A DNA stretch of 64,000 nucleotides from Felis catus (GCF_018350175.1 NC_058368.1:218924001-218988000), one strand, 5' to 3'; positions 39,264 through 52,894 are shown, counted from the stretch's first letter. Notes: generated by a model not told the origin, from the letters alone. Numbers and translations are program-made.

Positions 39264-41210
39264 AATGTATATTTCTTTATATGCATGTGGACACCCACAT
39301 TTATGATATGTACATTTATATTACAAAATGCGTTGTATATAATACCTACATTATGAAAAGGAAATAATTTATAAATGGTCTCACTACTATATAAATTATC
39401 AATTATTTATTTCTTATATATAATTATAAATATATTAATTATACATGATATAAAAATAATTATGTACTTTATATATTATTAGACATATTTATTTATATAT
39501 AATATATCTGACTCACTGGATGTTATGTATTTAACTTCCTTCCTCCTACTGAGATGTTTTTAACTTAACATTCCTCATCTTTGCAAATGATTCTGAGATG
39601 TTTAAACTTGTCCATAGGTGGATTACTTCTGTTGAAGAGATTCCTAGAGTTGGAATTATGACAACAGTTTAGGCTGCCTGTCTGACTCTTTATAGCCCCA
39701 GTCTTAACAAATGCATTATCTTGCTTCTTGCTTCTCCTTGAATACTTGGCTTTCAGTTAGAATAGAACATAGGAGCAAAAACACAATACTAGCCTGGGAG
39801 GTAAGGGGGCCATGGAATGGAATCACAGAATTAGAGGAGTCTCCATACTCCCCTGTTTCTCTTTTCCATCAATCTGTTATTTTCCACTTAAAAAGGTGAC
39901 AGAACACACAGATATTAAAACAGCCCCCCACCCCCAACCCCAAAGGAAGTCTAGCCTGTCGGCTGCAAAGGTCACATTCAGTTTCTGTTTGCATGTTTAG
40001 TTCCCTCTGAGGTCTCCTATTTCACCAATCTGACAAACAAATAAAAAGCCACACTCAGACTAAATAGTTCCCAGTGCTGCAATCCCATTCAGTGGCCTTG
40101 CTATCTGGGAAACACATTGCCTTTGACTGATGTCTTGGACCACTTCCAGGAATCTTTTGATGTTTCTGCCTCCAGGGAACAACCACCACTTGTAATGAAG
40201 CAGGGTAGCATCACCCTGCCCTGCTCATGTGTGCCTTTTAATTAGCCCAGGGTCACACACTCTGTTAGATAACACAGTGCATTTCTCACATTATGAGATG
40301 TAAAATCCCAAATTGTCAAATAAGGGAACTAATGATCTTTGAACTAAACAGGCTGGCATTTTTGTTTTGAGAGGGACATACCAGAACCATCTGGGGTTAT
40401 TTTAAAGCCTTCATCTGTCTTCTCAGCAGCTTCAATTTAACAATATTAATGCTAGGTGGTTCTTATTTTTAGTTCCATTCCTATCAAACTAGGAGCGAAG
40501 GTTAATTCCTTTTCTGGCCTTTGTGCTTCGGCAAGTGAACATACTGAATATTAAATGAATAAAAATGACTAATCATTGCTTTTCTTTATATACTTAGAAA
40601 AAGTTACCATAAGAACAAATATGATAACATCTTTTCTTTTCTTTTAGTAGAACCATTAATAAAACTAAGTAAAATGGAAGTATACAAGAAGGCAATGTTT
40701 TTCCTTCATGCTAATTATGTTGTCACTTTTTTGTCTGAGTATATAATTGGCTCTAGCAGGGGCCTATAATGTAGTGTGCAAGTGTCCTGTGTTGGAGTTT
40801 TGTTTACGATGACCCAGAAAAGGACACAGCCTTGGTAACTGGATTCATTAGTCAGACAATTCAATGTGAAAAACAAAAATGTGACAATGGAGAACTCCTT
40901 GGCCATGGCTAGCTACTAAATGTCAAGTAGTCAAGACTTGGGAGGAGGGATGCAGAGTTGGGGGAGAGAGCAGAGTGTTAAACACATTTAGAGTCCATCA
41001 CTTCTTTTTTTTAAACTGAAGACCTAGTCCAGTAATTTGCAAATTTGAGAACACTTCTTAGCCATAATACATTTCTGTACCCAACTTGGTGAAACATTGC
41101 AGTGGACATCCAGTGTGATCAGTTTTGATGATGAATTGGTACCCTAAACGCATCTATAATTTCTTAATAGTGTTTCATTCAAGATGGTCACCTCTACAAT
41201 AACAAAAGAA

Positions 41211-41238
<28 letters not shown>
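41211..41238. repeat. (GT)n microsatellite
   Basis: Seen directly. Confidence 0.9.
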
Positions 41239-41242
<4 letters not shown>

Positions 41243-41259
41243 ATACACACATTATAATT

Positions 41260-41965
41260 GTTGCAAAACTGAAAACATAATAGCATGTTTAATTCTCTTA
41301 AATAATGAACAAGATGGCCTACAGTTCTCCTTAGCTTGCCTAAATTTCAGACAGGCTTCTTTGTAACTGTCTCTAACCTCCCTTTTCTTAGAGCATTCAC
41401 ATTAGAAAATTTGCCATTTAAAATTATTTATCTGTCCCTTTAAGATGTAAATCTTCTATAAGTTTGGTCTCTATGGTTATTAGAGGAGAGGTGGGGGGAG
41501 ATGGGTTAATAGGTGATGAAGATTAAGGAGGGCATTTGTTGTGATGAGCACTGCATGTTGTATGTAAGTGATGAATCACTAACTTCTACATCTGAAACTA
41601 TTATTATACTGTGTGTTAATTGACTGAAATTTAAATTAAAAATTGGGGTAAGAAAGATGTAACTCTTCTACAAGCCGGGAATGCCTTTGTCCTGTACCTA
41701 AAAGTCATCCCTTTGAAATGCAGTCATCAAGAAAGATAATATCTTCTTCTCCCAATTTCTTGGGAGGATAGGAGCCTCATTTTGATAAGTTACAATTAGC
41801 AAACAGGGATGGCCTAAATCACATTAAACATATGCTCATTGAAGTCCTCCAGTACGTTTCCATTAGCTCACAAGTGTTTAAAAATAACATTGACCCCTCC
41901 TGGAAGAGTCTTGACCAAAGTCTTCTTTGTTGTTTTTAACAAGTATCATGCAACTTATATCTTAA
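41260..41965 (+). mobile_element. ERV1 solo LTR, MER67-like, interrupted by an L1 tail
   Basis: ctccttagcttgcctaaa...cctcccttttcttagagcatt.ac.ttagaaaa...ggataggagcct...caattagcaaacagggatggcctaaatcacatt. Confidence 0.75.
41463..41653 (+). mobile_element. Short carnivore L1 3'-end insertion
   Basis: ggtgatgaagattaaggagggcatttgttgtgatgagcact...gatgaatcacta; 21-bp TSD aagatgtaa(a/c)tcttcta(t/c)aag at 41442-41462 and 41654-41674. Confidence 0.88.
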
Positions 41966-43099
41966 TTTGAGTACCAGATTCTGATGCTGGGTCTGTAGAA
42001 CCCCATATCATAATTAAGGAACTAATTCGTAGTGTTTTTAACAATAGTCACCTCTTGTATTTGGTGATTCATTCAAAAACACTTAGGGCTGTCTATTTTG
42101 CAGGGCCTAAAAATAGAAAATCCATACTCTTGTTTACCATGAGGAATATTTCTGCTCTGTAAAATATAAATTTATCTTCCCTAGCTGTTATATGTCATTC
42201 AGTCATAAGGAAGGTGACACTAATCAGTTCTTTCTCATTTAGAAATTAGAATAAACATATTACAGGTTAGTTTATATACAGTTTATAGAAACTATAGTCT
42301 CTATAGTTTCCTTTTAATTTAACATATTTAAAGTATAAATTATAAAGAAGTCTAGGTAGAAAATATGATCTGATAGTTTCATTATTAATTTGTTACTTTT
42401 CTATAAACCCAATACAATTTAAAATATATGCAGTATGAGCATTTATGAGTTCAAGAAGATATATTTAACACATCCATCAATAACCTTTAACAAATTTAAA
42501 TTAATCTTAAGTAAATGTATTTAAATCCTCACATAATTATTCATAGTATAAGTAACCAGAAATGAAAGTGTATTTTCTTTATATCTCTCAAGTATGACTC
42601 CAAAATTCTGAAACAAATTCTAAATCATGCATTCAAATATAAGTCTATTCACACGAATGTGTGAGGTTAAAATTCAGTAAGATCTGATGGCAAAAATCGT
42701 GAGCTAGATAATTCTGTGCATAATATAATGTTCCTTTTAATGAACATTACATGGCCTGGCTACCTAGTATATTGTCTTGTTAGAATTACTGAAAAACATT
42801 AAGGAGGACATATTTTATCCTCTGAAACTATTAACAAAAGAGGGAGATACATAGAAGAAATCACAGATCCTTTCTTAAAAAAATCCCTTACAAATTATTC
42901 AATATTTAAATATATCTAATAAATTCTATTAAATACCTCTTATTTGGAAAATAGGATTTAGCTCTATTAGATTGTGGGTGAAATAATTATTACTTTTACT
43001 CGTTCTCAGGTCTCTCTTAGAAAGAAAGGCTAGACTGGCAGAAATATCACCAACACATGCTAGATCTCCTACCTCACCTCCATTGGAAGGTTTACCTTT

Positions 43100-43480
43100 A
43101 GTTTGTGACTACTTCAAAAGCAGACCCTGGGGCAAGGCTTTGCACCTAATTCAATTATTGATGAAGGAAACTTGACCTTAGGAAAGGGGAAGAGACATCA
43201 ATAGAAATAGTTTATAAAAGTTCTGCCCTGTTACCACAAATACTATTTTGTGTAGACTGTAGTTTAATCCTGTTGAGGAAAATCAGAGAGCCACAATAAA
43301 ATACACAACTCAGTGATCCCCTGTGGTGTGAGGAGGCTGAGGGTATGTTTAAGCCAACACCCACTTATAATTGATTTGATGATGATGGGTGAGGGGTGTT
43401 ATAAATTACTTCCCAGGTAAGAGACTAGCAACAGAAACTGAAACCATCAGGCAAAGAATGGAAGCTGGGTTCATTACAAC
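43100..43480 (-). mobile_element. Old ERVL-class LTR remnant
   Basis: aaaagcagaccctggggcaaggctttg...gaggaggctgagggtatgtttaagccaacaccc; subfamily uncertain. Confidence 0.5.
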
Positions 43481-44015
43481 CCTTCTTGCCCAAGCTCAGA
43501 TTTGGCCTAAAACTTCCTCCCAACACTGTCATTCCTGAAACCACTATCAGTATATCAGAATTTAAGTTCTTGCTTTAAGATACATTGATTCAGCCTCCTA
43601 GATCCCAAAGAATTCTCACTGGAGCACTCTGGGAAAAGTTACATTAGTAATCTGAAAAACAAAATATTCCTTGTATTGCTTACACTTCTAACACACATTG
43701 CTGATAACTCCATGTATTTCAATCTTATTTTTATGGTCTTGGGAATTCCATTAAGAAGTTCTAAATATTTTAAGTACTTATTCTATTCTAGCACAAAAAC
43801 AACCTGATTTTTTGTTGTGGATTTTTGTGTCCTTTGTATCAGTGTTTGATGATGTGGAAGTATATGTAAGCAATGAACTGGGAAATAATGGCTCTTTGTC
43901 CTCTGTCTACCAATCATGTGTAATCACATTAGGTAAGAAGACACTCACCCAAGATGAAGAGTTGGCAGAAAATAATACAAAATAGTGAATTAGGGAACCC
44001 AAGTAAGGAAAGATT

Positions 44016-44234
44016 TTTTTTTTAATTTTTTTTGATATTTATTTATTTTTGAGAGAGAGAGACAGAGTATGAGCAGGGGAGGGGCAGAGAGAGAAGGAGG
44101 TACAGATTCTGAAGCAGGCTCCAGGTTTTGAGCTGTCAGCACACAGCCCGATGTGGGGCTCAAACTCACGAACCATGAGATCATGACCTAAGCCGATGTC
44201 CGATGCTTCAACGACTGAGCCATGCAGACGCCCC
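44016..44234 (-). mobile_element. Can-SINE (SINEC_Fc-like)
   Basis: Canonical; TSD-like aag(g/a)aaagatt. Confidence 0.93.
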
Positions 44235-44921
44235 GGGAAGAAAAGATTCTTAAGAAGTGAAGTAAGCACTATCAAATGGCACAGAAAGGTCATATAAGAA
44301 AAAGACTAATAAGTGTCTGTTATGTTAACCTCCACCCCCCCACCCCCAGCATCTCTAAGGCATGGTTCTGCTGTTCTCTTTTTAAGACACAGCTGTCCAA
44401 GGATCTGGTGTCCTATTCCTGACTCTAGTACAGTGGTTATAATAATGTTACCTGTTGGCAGATCTCATCCTGCCTAAATTCAGCCATGAAGTTGTTCAAA
44501 GATACTTGATATCTATAGTGTTTCCTACACTGAATTATTTGTTAACTAACAAAGTATAGCTCATTTACCATTCTCAAAAACTATATAAGCTAATTAGAAA
44601 AATAATAAAATTTATTTTTATATAAATATAAATAAAATATATATTTTATATTATATATGTAAAATATATATAATATAATAATATAATTTTATTATATAAA
44701 ATGGACAGCACTCACACACACACACACACACACACACAATTGGTAAACCATGTTCACGTATTACATGTCCATCAATTTGACATAAAAATGACCCCAAACC
44801 CATAGAAAAAATAAAAATAAAAGTCCGCATAAATACTAAAAGAGATTAAAGTAACTTTATATGAGAAAATGGCTGTATTCCAGTCTGAAGTAATGCCATT
44901 CAAAGTATAAGATGCTTATCA

Positions 44922-45148
44922 GAGTCGCCTGGGTGGCTCAGTCATTTACGTTTCTGACTTTGGCTCAGGTCATGATCTCATGGTTCATGAACTTGAGCCC
45001 CATAGTGGGCTGTCTGTTGTCGGCATAGAGCCCACTTCAGATCCTCTGTATCCCTCTCTCTCTGCCCCTCACCCCTCTCTGTGCTTCTTTCTCTGTGCCC
45101 CACTAATGTGCTCTCTTTCTCAAAAATAAATAAATGTTATTTTTTTAA
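44922..45148 (+). mobile_element. Can-SINE
   Basis: Canonical; imperfect TSD aagatg(c/t)tta(t/c)ca. Confidence 0.92.
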
Positions 45149-45458
45149 AAGATGTTTACCAATTCCTTCTTTGTTTTGTTTGTGTGTGGGAAAGTACCTT
45201 TTTTTTTAACTTATAAATACATAGATTCTTGAATTATTATCATCATTGATAAATATTTAGAGGTAAAATTTCCTGAAGAATCTGAGTGAAAAAATATAGT
45301 CTTTTGGTGTCTGACAAATGCAGGTGAAAGAGTCAGGTGGGCAAATGGAGAGGTAGTAACTCTTTTGGATTTCTTTGTTTCTTACTCATGACACATCATT
45401 ACTTAGTCTAAAATGTCTCCTCCTGATTGGATTAATCAAATTTTCTACAACAGCATTT

Positions 45459-45670
45459 TATTTATTTCAAGTTTATTAATTTTTGAGAGAGATAGAGACA
45501 GCATGAGCAGAGGAGGGGTAGAAAGAGAGGTGGCGCGAGAGAGAATCCCAAGCAGGCTCCACACTCAGCACAGAGCCCAAGGTGGGGCTTGAACCCATCA
45601 ATTGTGAGATCATGACCTGAGCTGAAACCAAGAGTCAGAGGTTTAACCGAATGAGCCACCCAGGTGCCCC
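45459..45670 (-). mobile_element. Can-SINE (SINEC_Fc2-like)
   Basis: Canonical; TSD-like tcta...cagcattt. Confidence 0.92.
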
Positions 45671-46706
45671 TCTATGCCAGCATTTAAAATGGATTCTTAG
45701 TTATTAATAAATATTTTGGGAGAGTGAAGTCTTTCCTATTTTGTTTCCTCTGTGTGTAAGTACCTTAAAAATGTTATACAGAGTAATGGCAGGTCAGGTG
45801 TTGGTTATATTACACTATGGCAATACTGTGCTTAGTCACATGACTGGAAGCATCTAATTTTCTCTTTAGCAAACTATTTATCTCCCAATGTCCAGAGTGT
45901 ATGCATATTTATCTCTAGCTCCAGATTAACAAGATGTTATCAAGAGAGTTTTAATACAAAAAAAAAGGCTACAGTAATGGGAATATATTTGAGTGACATC
46001 AGATATTTTCTGCAATGACATCATAAAATTTCCTTGGATTTCCATATTTTCCACATAATTCTTTCCTACCTATTGATAATTTTGTTTTCAATGTTTCCTT
46101 TCATGAGGAGTTACAGGTATATGAAACCAATAAATAATTTATGCAAGGCAAATTTCACATTAGAGTTTATCTCAATAGTTTGATAAAAATCAGAACAGGA
46201 TGCTCCTCACAGTTTTTAAGCTGAAACATTTTTCTCCCTTGGATCTTTGGAAAAGATGCATTCTTATAGAAAAGAGAACCCTGGAATGTACAATGAGTGT
46301 ATACTTTGTACAGTTTTCGATTATGTATTATGTAGTGATAGCACTTTTAGCATTAACTTCTAGCATTTAACATGTGTACAGATATCCATTATTTTATTAA
46401 TCCATTCATTCATTCAAAACACATATAATGAGAATGTCATTCTTGCCATCTCTATCATGATTAACATTTTTCAGATATGTGAAAGCCTAAATTCACAATA
46501 TACAAAACCATCTTCACTCTTTCTCTTTAATTTGGCTAACTGGGTTAGCCAAATCACAGTTCATAAATGTCAATAATTTTCACCTTCAAAATCATGGTAT
46601 TTTCCTATCGCAAACATTTTTTTAAGGAGAGGGCATCATTGAGCATGAATGATTGTCAAAGAAAATGGAAGCCGTGCTAGCAGTATGAGATAAGATTCAG
46701 GCTCCA

Positions 46707-46944
46707 GGGGTGCCTGGGTGGCTCAGTCGGTTGAGCGGTTGAGCATCTGACTTCAGCTCAGGTCATGATCTTAGGGTTGGTGGGTTCGAGCCCCACATCG
46801 GGCTCTGTGCTGACAGCTCAGAGCCTCAGAGCCTGGAGCCTGCTTCAGATTCTGTGTCTCCCTCTCTCTCTGACCCTCCCCCGTTCATGCTCTGTCTCTG
46901 TCTCAAAAGTAAACGTTAAAAAAATATATATTAAAAAAAAAAAA
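46707..46944 (+). mobile_element. Can-SINE (SINEC_Fc-like) with two 8-bp internal duplications
   Basis: Perfect TSD aagattcaggctccag at 46692-46707 and 46945-46960. Confidence 0.96.
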
Positions 46945-48039
46945 AAGATTCAGGCTCCAGACTGGTGAGTAAAGATTAGGGTGGAGACTTCTCAGGCACT
47001 ATTAGATTTCTGGTTGACAAGGGCCCAGGCTAGATGTTCTCTGGCAGAAAAGTGGCTGGAAATACAGAGAGGAAAGCCCAAGTGTTCCTACCTGTTGGAA
47101 TTCTTTGTAGTTGTGCCTACCCTCCGCCTACCTCAGCTCTTCATCAATTAACAGTGGAACATATTTTGAAAACTCCAGTGGCCAAACTGCTCTACTTCCA
47201 GGCTAAATTCTTTTGCTCCAAGTAAGTTATGGAAGCCTTGAAATTGCTACATATTTATTTCAGACAGTTGAATGAGACTGTATTTGTACATGGGCTCACT
47301 ACAAAGGGAGAACTAATACAAGGGGAAGGGTCAAAAGTGAAAACCTCTGGTACTTACTGTAGATAGAATTTGGAGATACACAAAGTCACCCCCAGATTTT
47401 AATTTTTTAAAGAAGCAATGTTTAACGAAGTAACCGTAAAATATGCATAGCATATTTTAAACTTACATATAAGGGCTGGAATTCAAATCAACCAGTACCA
47501 TATAGTCACTAATAAATGAGAATAGACATTTATCATGGTGTTGGAGTACAGGCCAAGGGGAGCTTTCTGTTCTCAGCATTAACAATTTGTTTGCTGAACT
47601 ATGGGGTGGTACTGAAGATACCAGGGGAATGGCTGAGACTCAGTGTAATGATGGCATGCAAAGATGTATGGATTTGGGAACTGGAGGCAGTAACTGTTTA
47701 CCCAAATAAAGGAAGTATTTCAATATTTTAAAAACCAATATGGATGTAGTTTTGCTTTTTGGCTGAATATCAACACCGTATAAAGGATTTTTAAAAAATA
47801 ATATGTCATACTATCCCGTGAAGATCTAAAATGTAATCTTAGCTGACTGAATTTATTTGGTTACCTCTTGCTGTCAGGAGCATTTGGATTTCTAGAAAAG
47901 AATTATTTTAGAATGTTGTTAAATATATTCAGGAAGTGGCTTCTCTGTTGAGTGATACAGCAGGAGAAAGCAGGCTACAAACTTCAGGAAGGAGACAAAG
48001 CCCCAGCAGCAAGTTATCACATTTTTTTCTCTGCTTCAT

Positions 48040-48180
48040 GACTCCCTTCTTTTTCCTTCTCCTCTCCCTGTTCCTCTTCCTCCTGCTCCTCCTCCTCCTC
48101 CTGCTCCTCCTCTTCTTCTTCCTCCTCCTCTCCTTCTCCATCTCCCTCTCCTTCTCCTCCTGCTTCTCCTTCTTCCTTCA
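48040..48180. repeat. Pyrimidine-rich (CTC/CTT)n low-complexity tract
   Basis: Seen directly; explains ORFs at 47929-48227. Confidence 0.9.
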
Positions 48181-48900
48181 CATCTGCTCAAATGTACTTT
48201 GACCAATGATTTTAAAATGCAATACATAAAACATATGTTCCATCAATGGCTATTCTGATGTCCTATAATCACTGTTTAAAATCCTAAATAGTAAAAGAGT
48301 TTTTGCCATTTAGAAAAAATTCCACTAGCCTTGGTAGCTATTCTGTTTGAGAGGCCCAATGTTTTGTACACCTCTGCCTTGCCTGATTACTTCTGTTTCT
48401 ATAGTACAGTCAGTGCTGTTTAAATAAATGGTTCTAAAGTTTGTGCAAAACAGAAATTTAATAGATTTTTTTTCATGGACATGCTGCCAAAACTATACAC
48501 CTATTAGTAACTTATCTGCTTAATAGTTAGGAGAAACTATTGCATTTAGTTTATAAATACATGTGTAATCTTATTTTAAAGAAGTTGAAGATCTCATCAA
48601 ATTGAGGCATATCAGCTTTTCTACTGAAATTTATTATAAAAAAACTTTACAAAATTTAAAGAGCCAACAAAAAACAAATACAATTACATTATGACCAAAA
48701 GTAATGTGTAAGCTTTCGATGTATCATCCTCTACATTTTTGTACATAACTGTTGTGTGTGTACAGATATATATGCATGCATGTACAAACACATAATTATT
48801 CATATACACTATAGCAGCCTAATTTGTATATATTATATAACCATTATTACAAGTTCCAAATAATATTTTAATAATTATATAGCATTAAAACATATATATG

Positions 48901-48946
<46 letters not shown>

Positions 48947-49827
48947 ACCTATTTTGTCAAATATTTGGATTTTTCAAATATTTTATAGCTGGAATGAATT
49001 TTTTTATACAATTTTTGATACTTATTCTTTTATAATATAGTATGCACATAGAATTACTAGGATTATGGACATTTTTGTAGTAAGTTGCATACTCTTTCAG
49101 AATAATTCAAGTTTATTTTAGAAGCAAAAGTCGAGAGTAAGTATACTCAGAATGCAGAAGTTCATTATGAAAAATTAAAATGTACTCAATGGAGTCATTC
49201 AGAGAAAAGGATATTTTGTATCCCACCATCAGCTTCTCAGATTTAACCATAATTAAATCTTAGGTTATAAAAGTTCCTTTCTATCCCTTTAAAAAGCTCT
49301 CTTCTTCTCTACCTATGTAAACATGTAAGTAGACAATACATTGATAGATGGATAGACAGGCCATTCAATCTTAAATTAAATGTAATATTTTGGAAATAGC
49401 ATTTTCATTTAATATACTGTCAACAATACTGACATCTATTTCCAAATTGTTTCCAACAGTAATGTGCTCACTTTGGTCTCTACCAATACATTAGACTGAG
49501 CTGAATATATGCATCATATCAAGCGAAAGTACAAAATTGCTACATAATGTATGGAATTTTCTCAAGAGAAGTGAAGTGAAAAATCCCATGAGCATAAGTG
49601 AAAAACTGTCTTGAACCAGAGCAGTTATCTAGCAAGGTGAGGCTTTTAAGAAAGGAATATATATCTTAAGAGCTAAGGCTATTATTTTAATGTTATGTCA
49701 CAAATGGAGATATGGGGTATTGGGTTTGTGTAAAGCAGGGACAGGCAGTCAGACTCTGATGTATATGGGACTCTGGAAATGCTACCTCAATAAAAGGGAT
49801 GTTCAAATTAATGAAACATCCCATCTA

Positions 49828-50182
49828 TCTTGGGTCTAGTTTTGTACCCATATGTTAAGTCTGACCCCTAATATCTCAAAATTTGACCATATTTGGAGAT
49901 AGAGGCTTTAGTGTTGTAACTAAGTTAAAATGAAGTTGATAGGGTGGTCCCCAATCCAATATGGCTGATGTCCTTATAAGATGAGTACATTTGGACACAA
50001 ACATAAAAGAAGAATGTCATGTGAACACAAAGATAGTCATCTACAAGTCAAGGAGACAGATTTCAAAATAAACCAACCCTGTCAATACCTTGATAACAGA
50101 TTTCTAGCCTCCAGAACTGCGAGATTGGTTTAAACCACCCAAACTGTGTACTTTGTTATGGCAGCCCTAGTAAACTGTTCTA
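49828..50182 (+). mobile_element. MaLR solo LTR (MLT1A/B-like)
   Basis: tatttggagatagaggcttta...taagttaaaatgaag...aatccaatatggctgatgtccttataaga...ttctagcctccagaactgcgaga...ctttgttatggcagccctag. Confidence 0.88.
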
Positions 50183-50774
50183 CTTTCTATAATGGGGCTT
50201 CTCTTTGGTGAGAGGATTCTCCTCTTATGGAAGAAAACCCCAATCTGCTTGCCACAAGAGTTTAAAGTTCAAATGTGCCTTTCCAAAGCAGAAGATAAAA
50301 TTTTTTGCAAAGTTTAGAACCAGGGGAATTTGACGATCTTGGTAGCACACAGGAAATCAATAGTTTTATTATATTTTTTCCATAATGTAGACATAGAAAA
50401 AAATCTTGCTTAAAATATGATTATAAACAAAAATTACAGCTATCACAGAGTTTGCACCACTTTAAAGGTCTTTGAAAAAAATAAATGAACACAGGGATCA
50501 TCCCCCCAAAGAATGTAAAAAATCAAGAAATTTCAAGACATGATAAAATGAATATTTTATATAATAAATGAGATGAGAGTAGAATCATGAACAATGAAAT
50601 TAAAAGAAGCATATTTTGGAGGGAAAAGACATTTTCAGTAGAAATAAAATATACTTATTGAATTTGAATCTTATCAATTTATAACTTTTTACTCACTTAA
50701 ATGGTGACTAGCTTTCTTGATTTTAATGTAGTCCATGTATCAATATGTCTATTATGACAGTGTCTTCTTTATCT

Positions 50775-50974
50775 ATTTTTTTAAAAATTTTAACATTTAT
50801 TTACTTTTGAGAGAGAGAGTGCAAGCAGGGGAGGGGCAGAGAGATGAGGGAAACACAGAATCCAAACAACTCTAGGCTCTGAGCTGTCAGATGCAGGACT
50901 TGAATCCACAAACCGTGAGATCATGACCTGAGCCAAAGTCAGATGCTTAACAGACTGAGCCACCCTGGCACCCC
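50775..50974 (-). mobile_element. Can-SINE with a small internal deletion
   Basis: TSD tctttatct at 50766-50774 and 50975-50983. Confidence 0.92.
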
Positions 50975-52010
50975 TCTTTATCTTGTTTAAATACGCTATC
51001 CTTATTCCAAAATTATGCAAATATTTTTCTGCATTATCTTCTACAAGTGTTCTTGTTTTACCTTTTATGCCTGAATTTGATTTTTGTTTGTGGGGTGATA
51101 CAAGGATGAAATTGAACTTTTTTTTTCTTTATAGAATTCAAAGGACTCAGCACTGTATATTGAAATTAAGACCTTTTCCCACTGTTCTTTGACATTAATC
51201 AAATGCCCACGTCTATGGAAATATGTTTCTGCACTTCCATTCATTGTGTTCTGTCAATATCATGGAATACAGAAGGTATTTGTAGCACTTGTAGACCATG
51301 AATGTCTCATATCTGGAAGGTATAAAGAATACTTATAAATTAATTAGAAAAGGCAGAAACCTCAGCAGAGAAAACACTTTGATAGGCATTTCAAAAAAGA
51401 CGATATACAAGCTGTTAGTGAGATGATATACAAGCTGTTAGCGAGCATATCAAAACATTCTCCATTATGTTAGGTCACCAGGAATATATAAATTAAAACC
51501 CCAATGAGATAACGCTATAAGTAAAGCAGAAATACTACAATTGAAAATAGACTGGCAATATCAAGTGTTGTCAAGAAAGTGAAGAAATAACAATCCTCAG
51601 AACTTGCTAGGGACATAATAAATTAATATCTATTTTTGGTAATATGTTAATATTTAGCTACTAATTTTGATGATATGCATGCATATTTGCAGCAAAAAAT
51701 ATTTGAAAAACATTAACATCCAAAAAAAATGAATACAAGCCATCAACAATAGAATGGATATAGGAGTAATGAGATATTTGTAAAATACAATACTATGCAA
51801 CAAAGGAAAAAAAAACCACTGTCGTGATGGTCATACTATGTGTTCAAAGATTTCATTATAACATTACAAGAAAGATTCTCATTATAAAATATCAAAAGTA
51901 GGTAAAAAATAATTACGGTTCTGTGATGTTAGAAGTAGTAATAGTGAGAAACTTTGAGAAGAGGCAGGGATGTTTGGGAGGAGCACTAGGAAATTTCTGG
52001 AAATATTTCT

Positions 52011-52222
52011 TTTTTTTTTTTTTAATTTATTTATTTCTGAGAGAGAGAGACAGAGTGCGAGCGGGGGAGGGGCAGAGAGAGAGGGAGACACAGAGTCCAA
52101 AGCAGGCTCCAGGCTCTGAGCTGTCAGCACAGAGCCTGACGTGGGGCTCGAACTGATGAACCATAAGATCATGACCTGAGGCGAAGCCGGACGCTTAACC
52201 GACTGAGTCACCCAGGCGCCCC
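52011..52222 (-). mobile_element. Can-SINE (SINEC_Fc-like)
   Basis: TSD tggaaatatttct at 51998-52010 and 52223-52235. Confidence 0.96.
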
Positions 52223-52673
52223 TGGAAATATTTCTAATATTGTATTTTCCTACTTTTACCCTGGGTGGTAGTTATATGGTTATATACTCCCATGGTTTTG
52301 AGGTGTATGTATGACTTTCATACTTTTTGCAAAATATGCTTACAATTCAATCAATATTTTATTAAGAGTTAATAGATGTGAATATTTTCTGATAAGGAAT
52401 CATAGTGACAGTGTAGTTTATGAACCTATTCAGAATTAAATCAACAAGAAAAGAGGCAAATTCTAAAAAGTTAGAGAAAATTAGGAAAAATAAATCTAAC
52501 CACATTTCAAGTTGTTTAAATAACCATAGTGGAGAAGGAATTATTTTTAGTGTCTTCAGAACACTGTTTTTGTTAGTTTATTCTAGCTGAATATATTTTA
52601 TAAACAAAACTGCAAATAAATCTTAATCTTTATTCTTTCTTATCTTTAAGGTAACACTGTTATTATTGCATTG

Positions 52674-52677
<4 letters not shown>

Positions 52678-52724
<47 letters not shown>
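52678..52724. repeat. (TA)n microsatellite
   Basis: Seen directly. Confidence 0.95.
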
Positions 52725-52728
<4 letters not shown>

Positions 52729-52894
52729 GCTAAGGTTAGATTTTCAGTACAAGAAAACAAAAACATACAAATTTAAAATTAAGGAAATTTTGTAAGCATT
52801 CTGTAATACAAAATATGAATTTGAAATATGAATATAAATTCATGAATTAAAAAAATCCAACTGTCTTATCTAAGTTACACTAAAACAACACTAT

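Larger units (their letters stand above)
50680..52350 (+). mobile_element. Ancient L1ME-like element with inverted 5' part (antisense ~50680-51255, sense ~51255-52350)
   Basis: The antisense part reads attgatacatggactacattaaaatc on its own strand; the sense part continues with the adjacent ORF2 region and 3'UTR. Confidence 0.65.

Noticed and set aside
42288..42310. 10-bp-stem hairpin gaaactatag-tct-ctatagtttc
   Set aside because: Isolated and AT-rich; too short for a miRNA precursor or MITE
47929..48227. Arg/Lys/Gly-rich protamine-like ORFs
   Set aside because: Translation of a (CTC/CTT)n low-complexity tract
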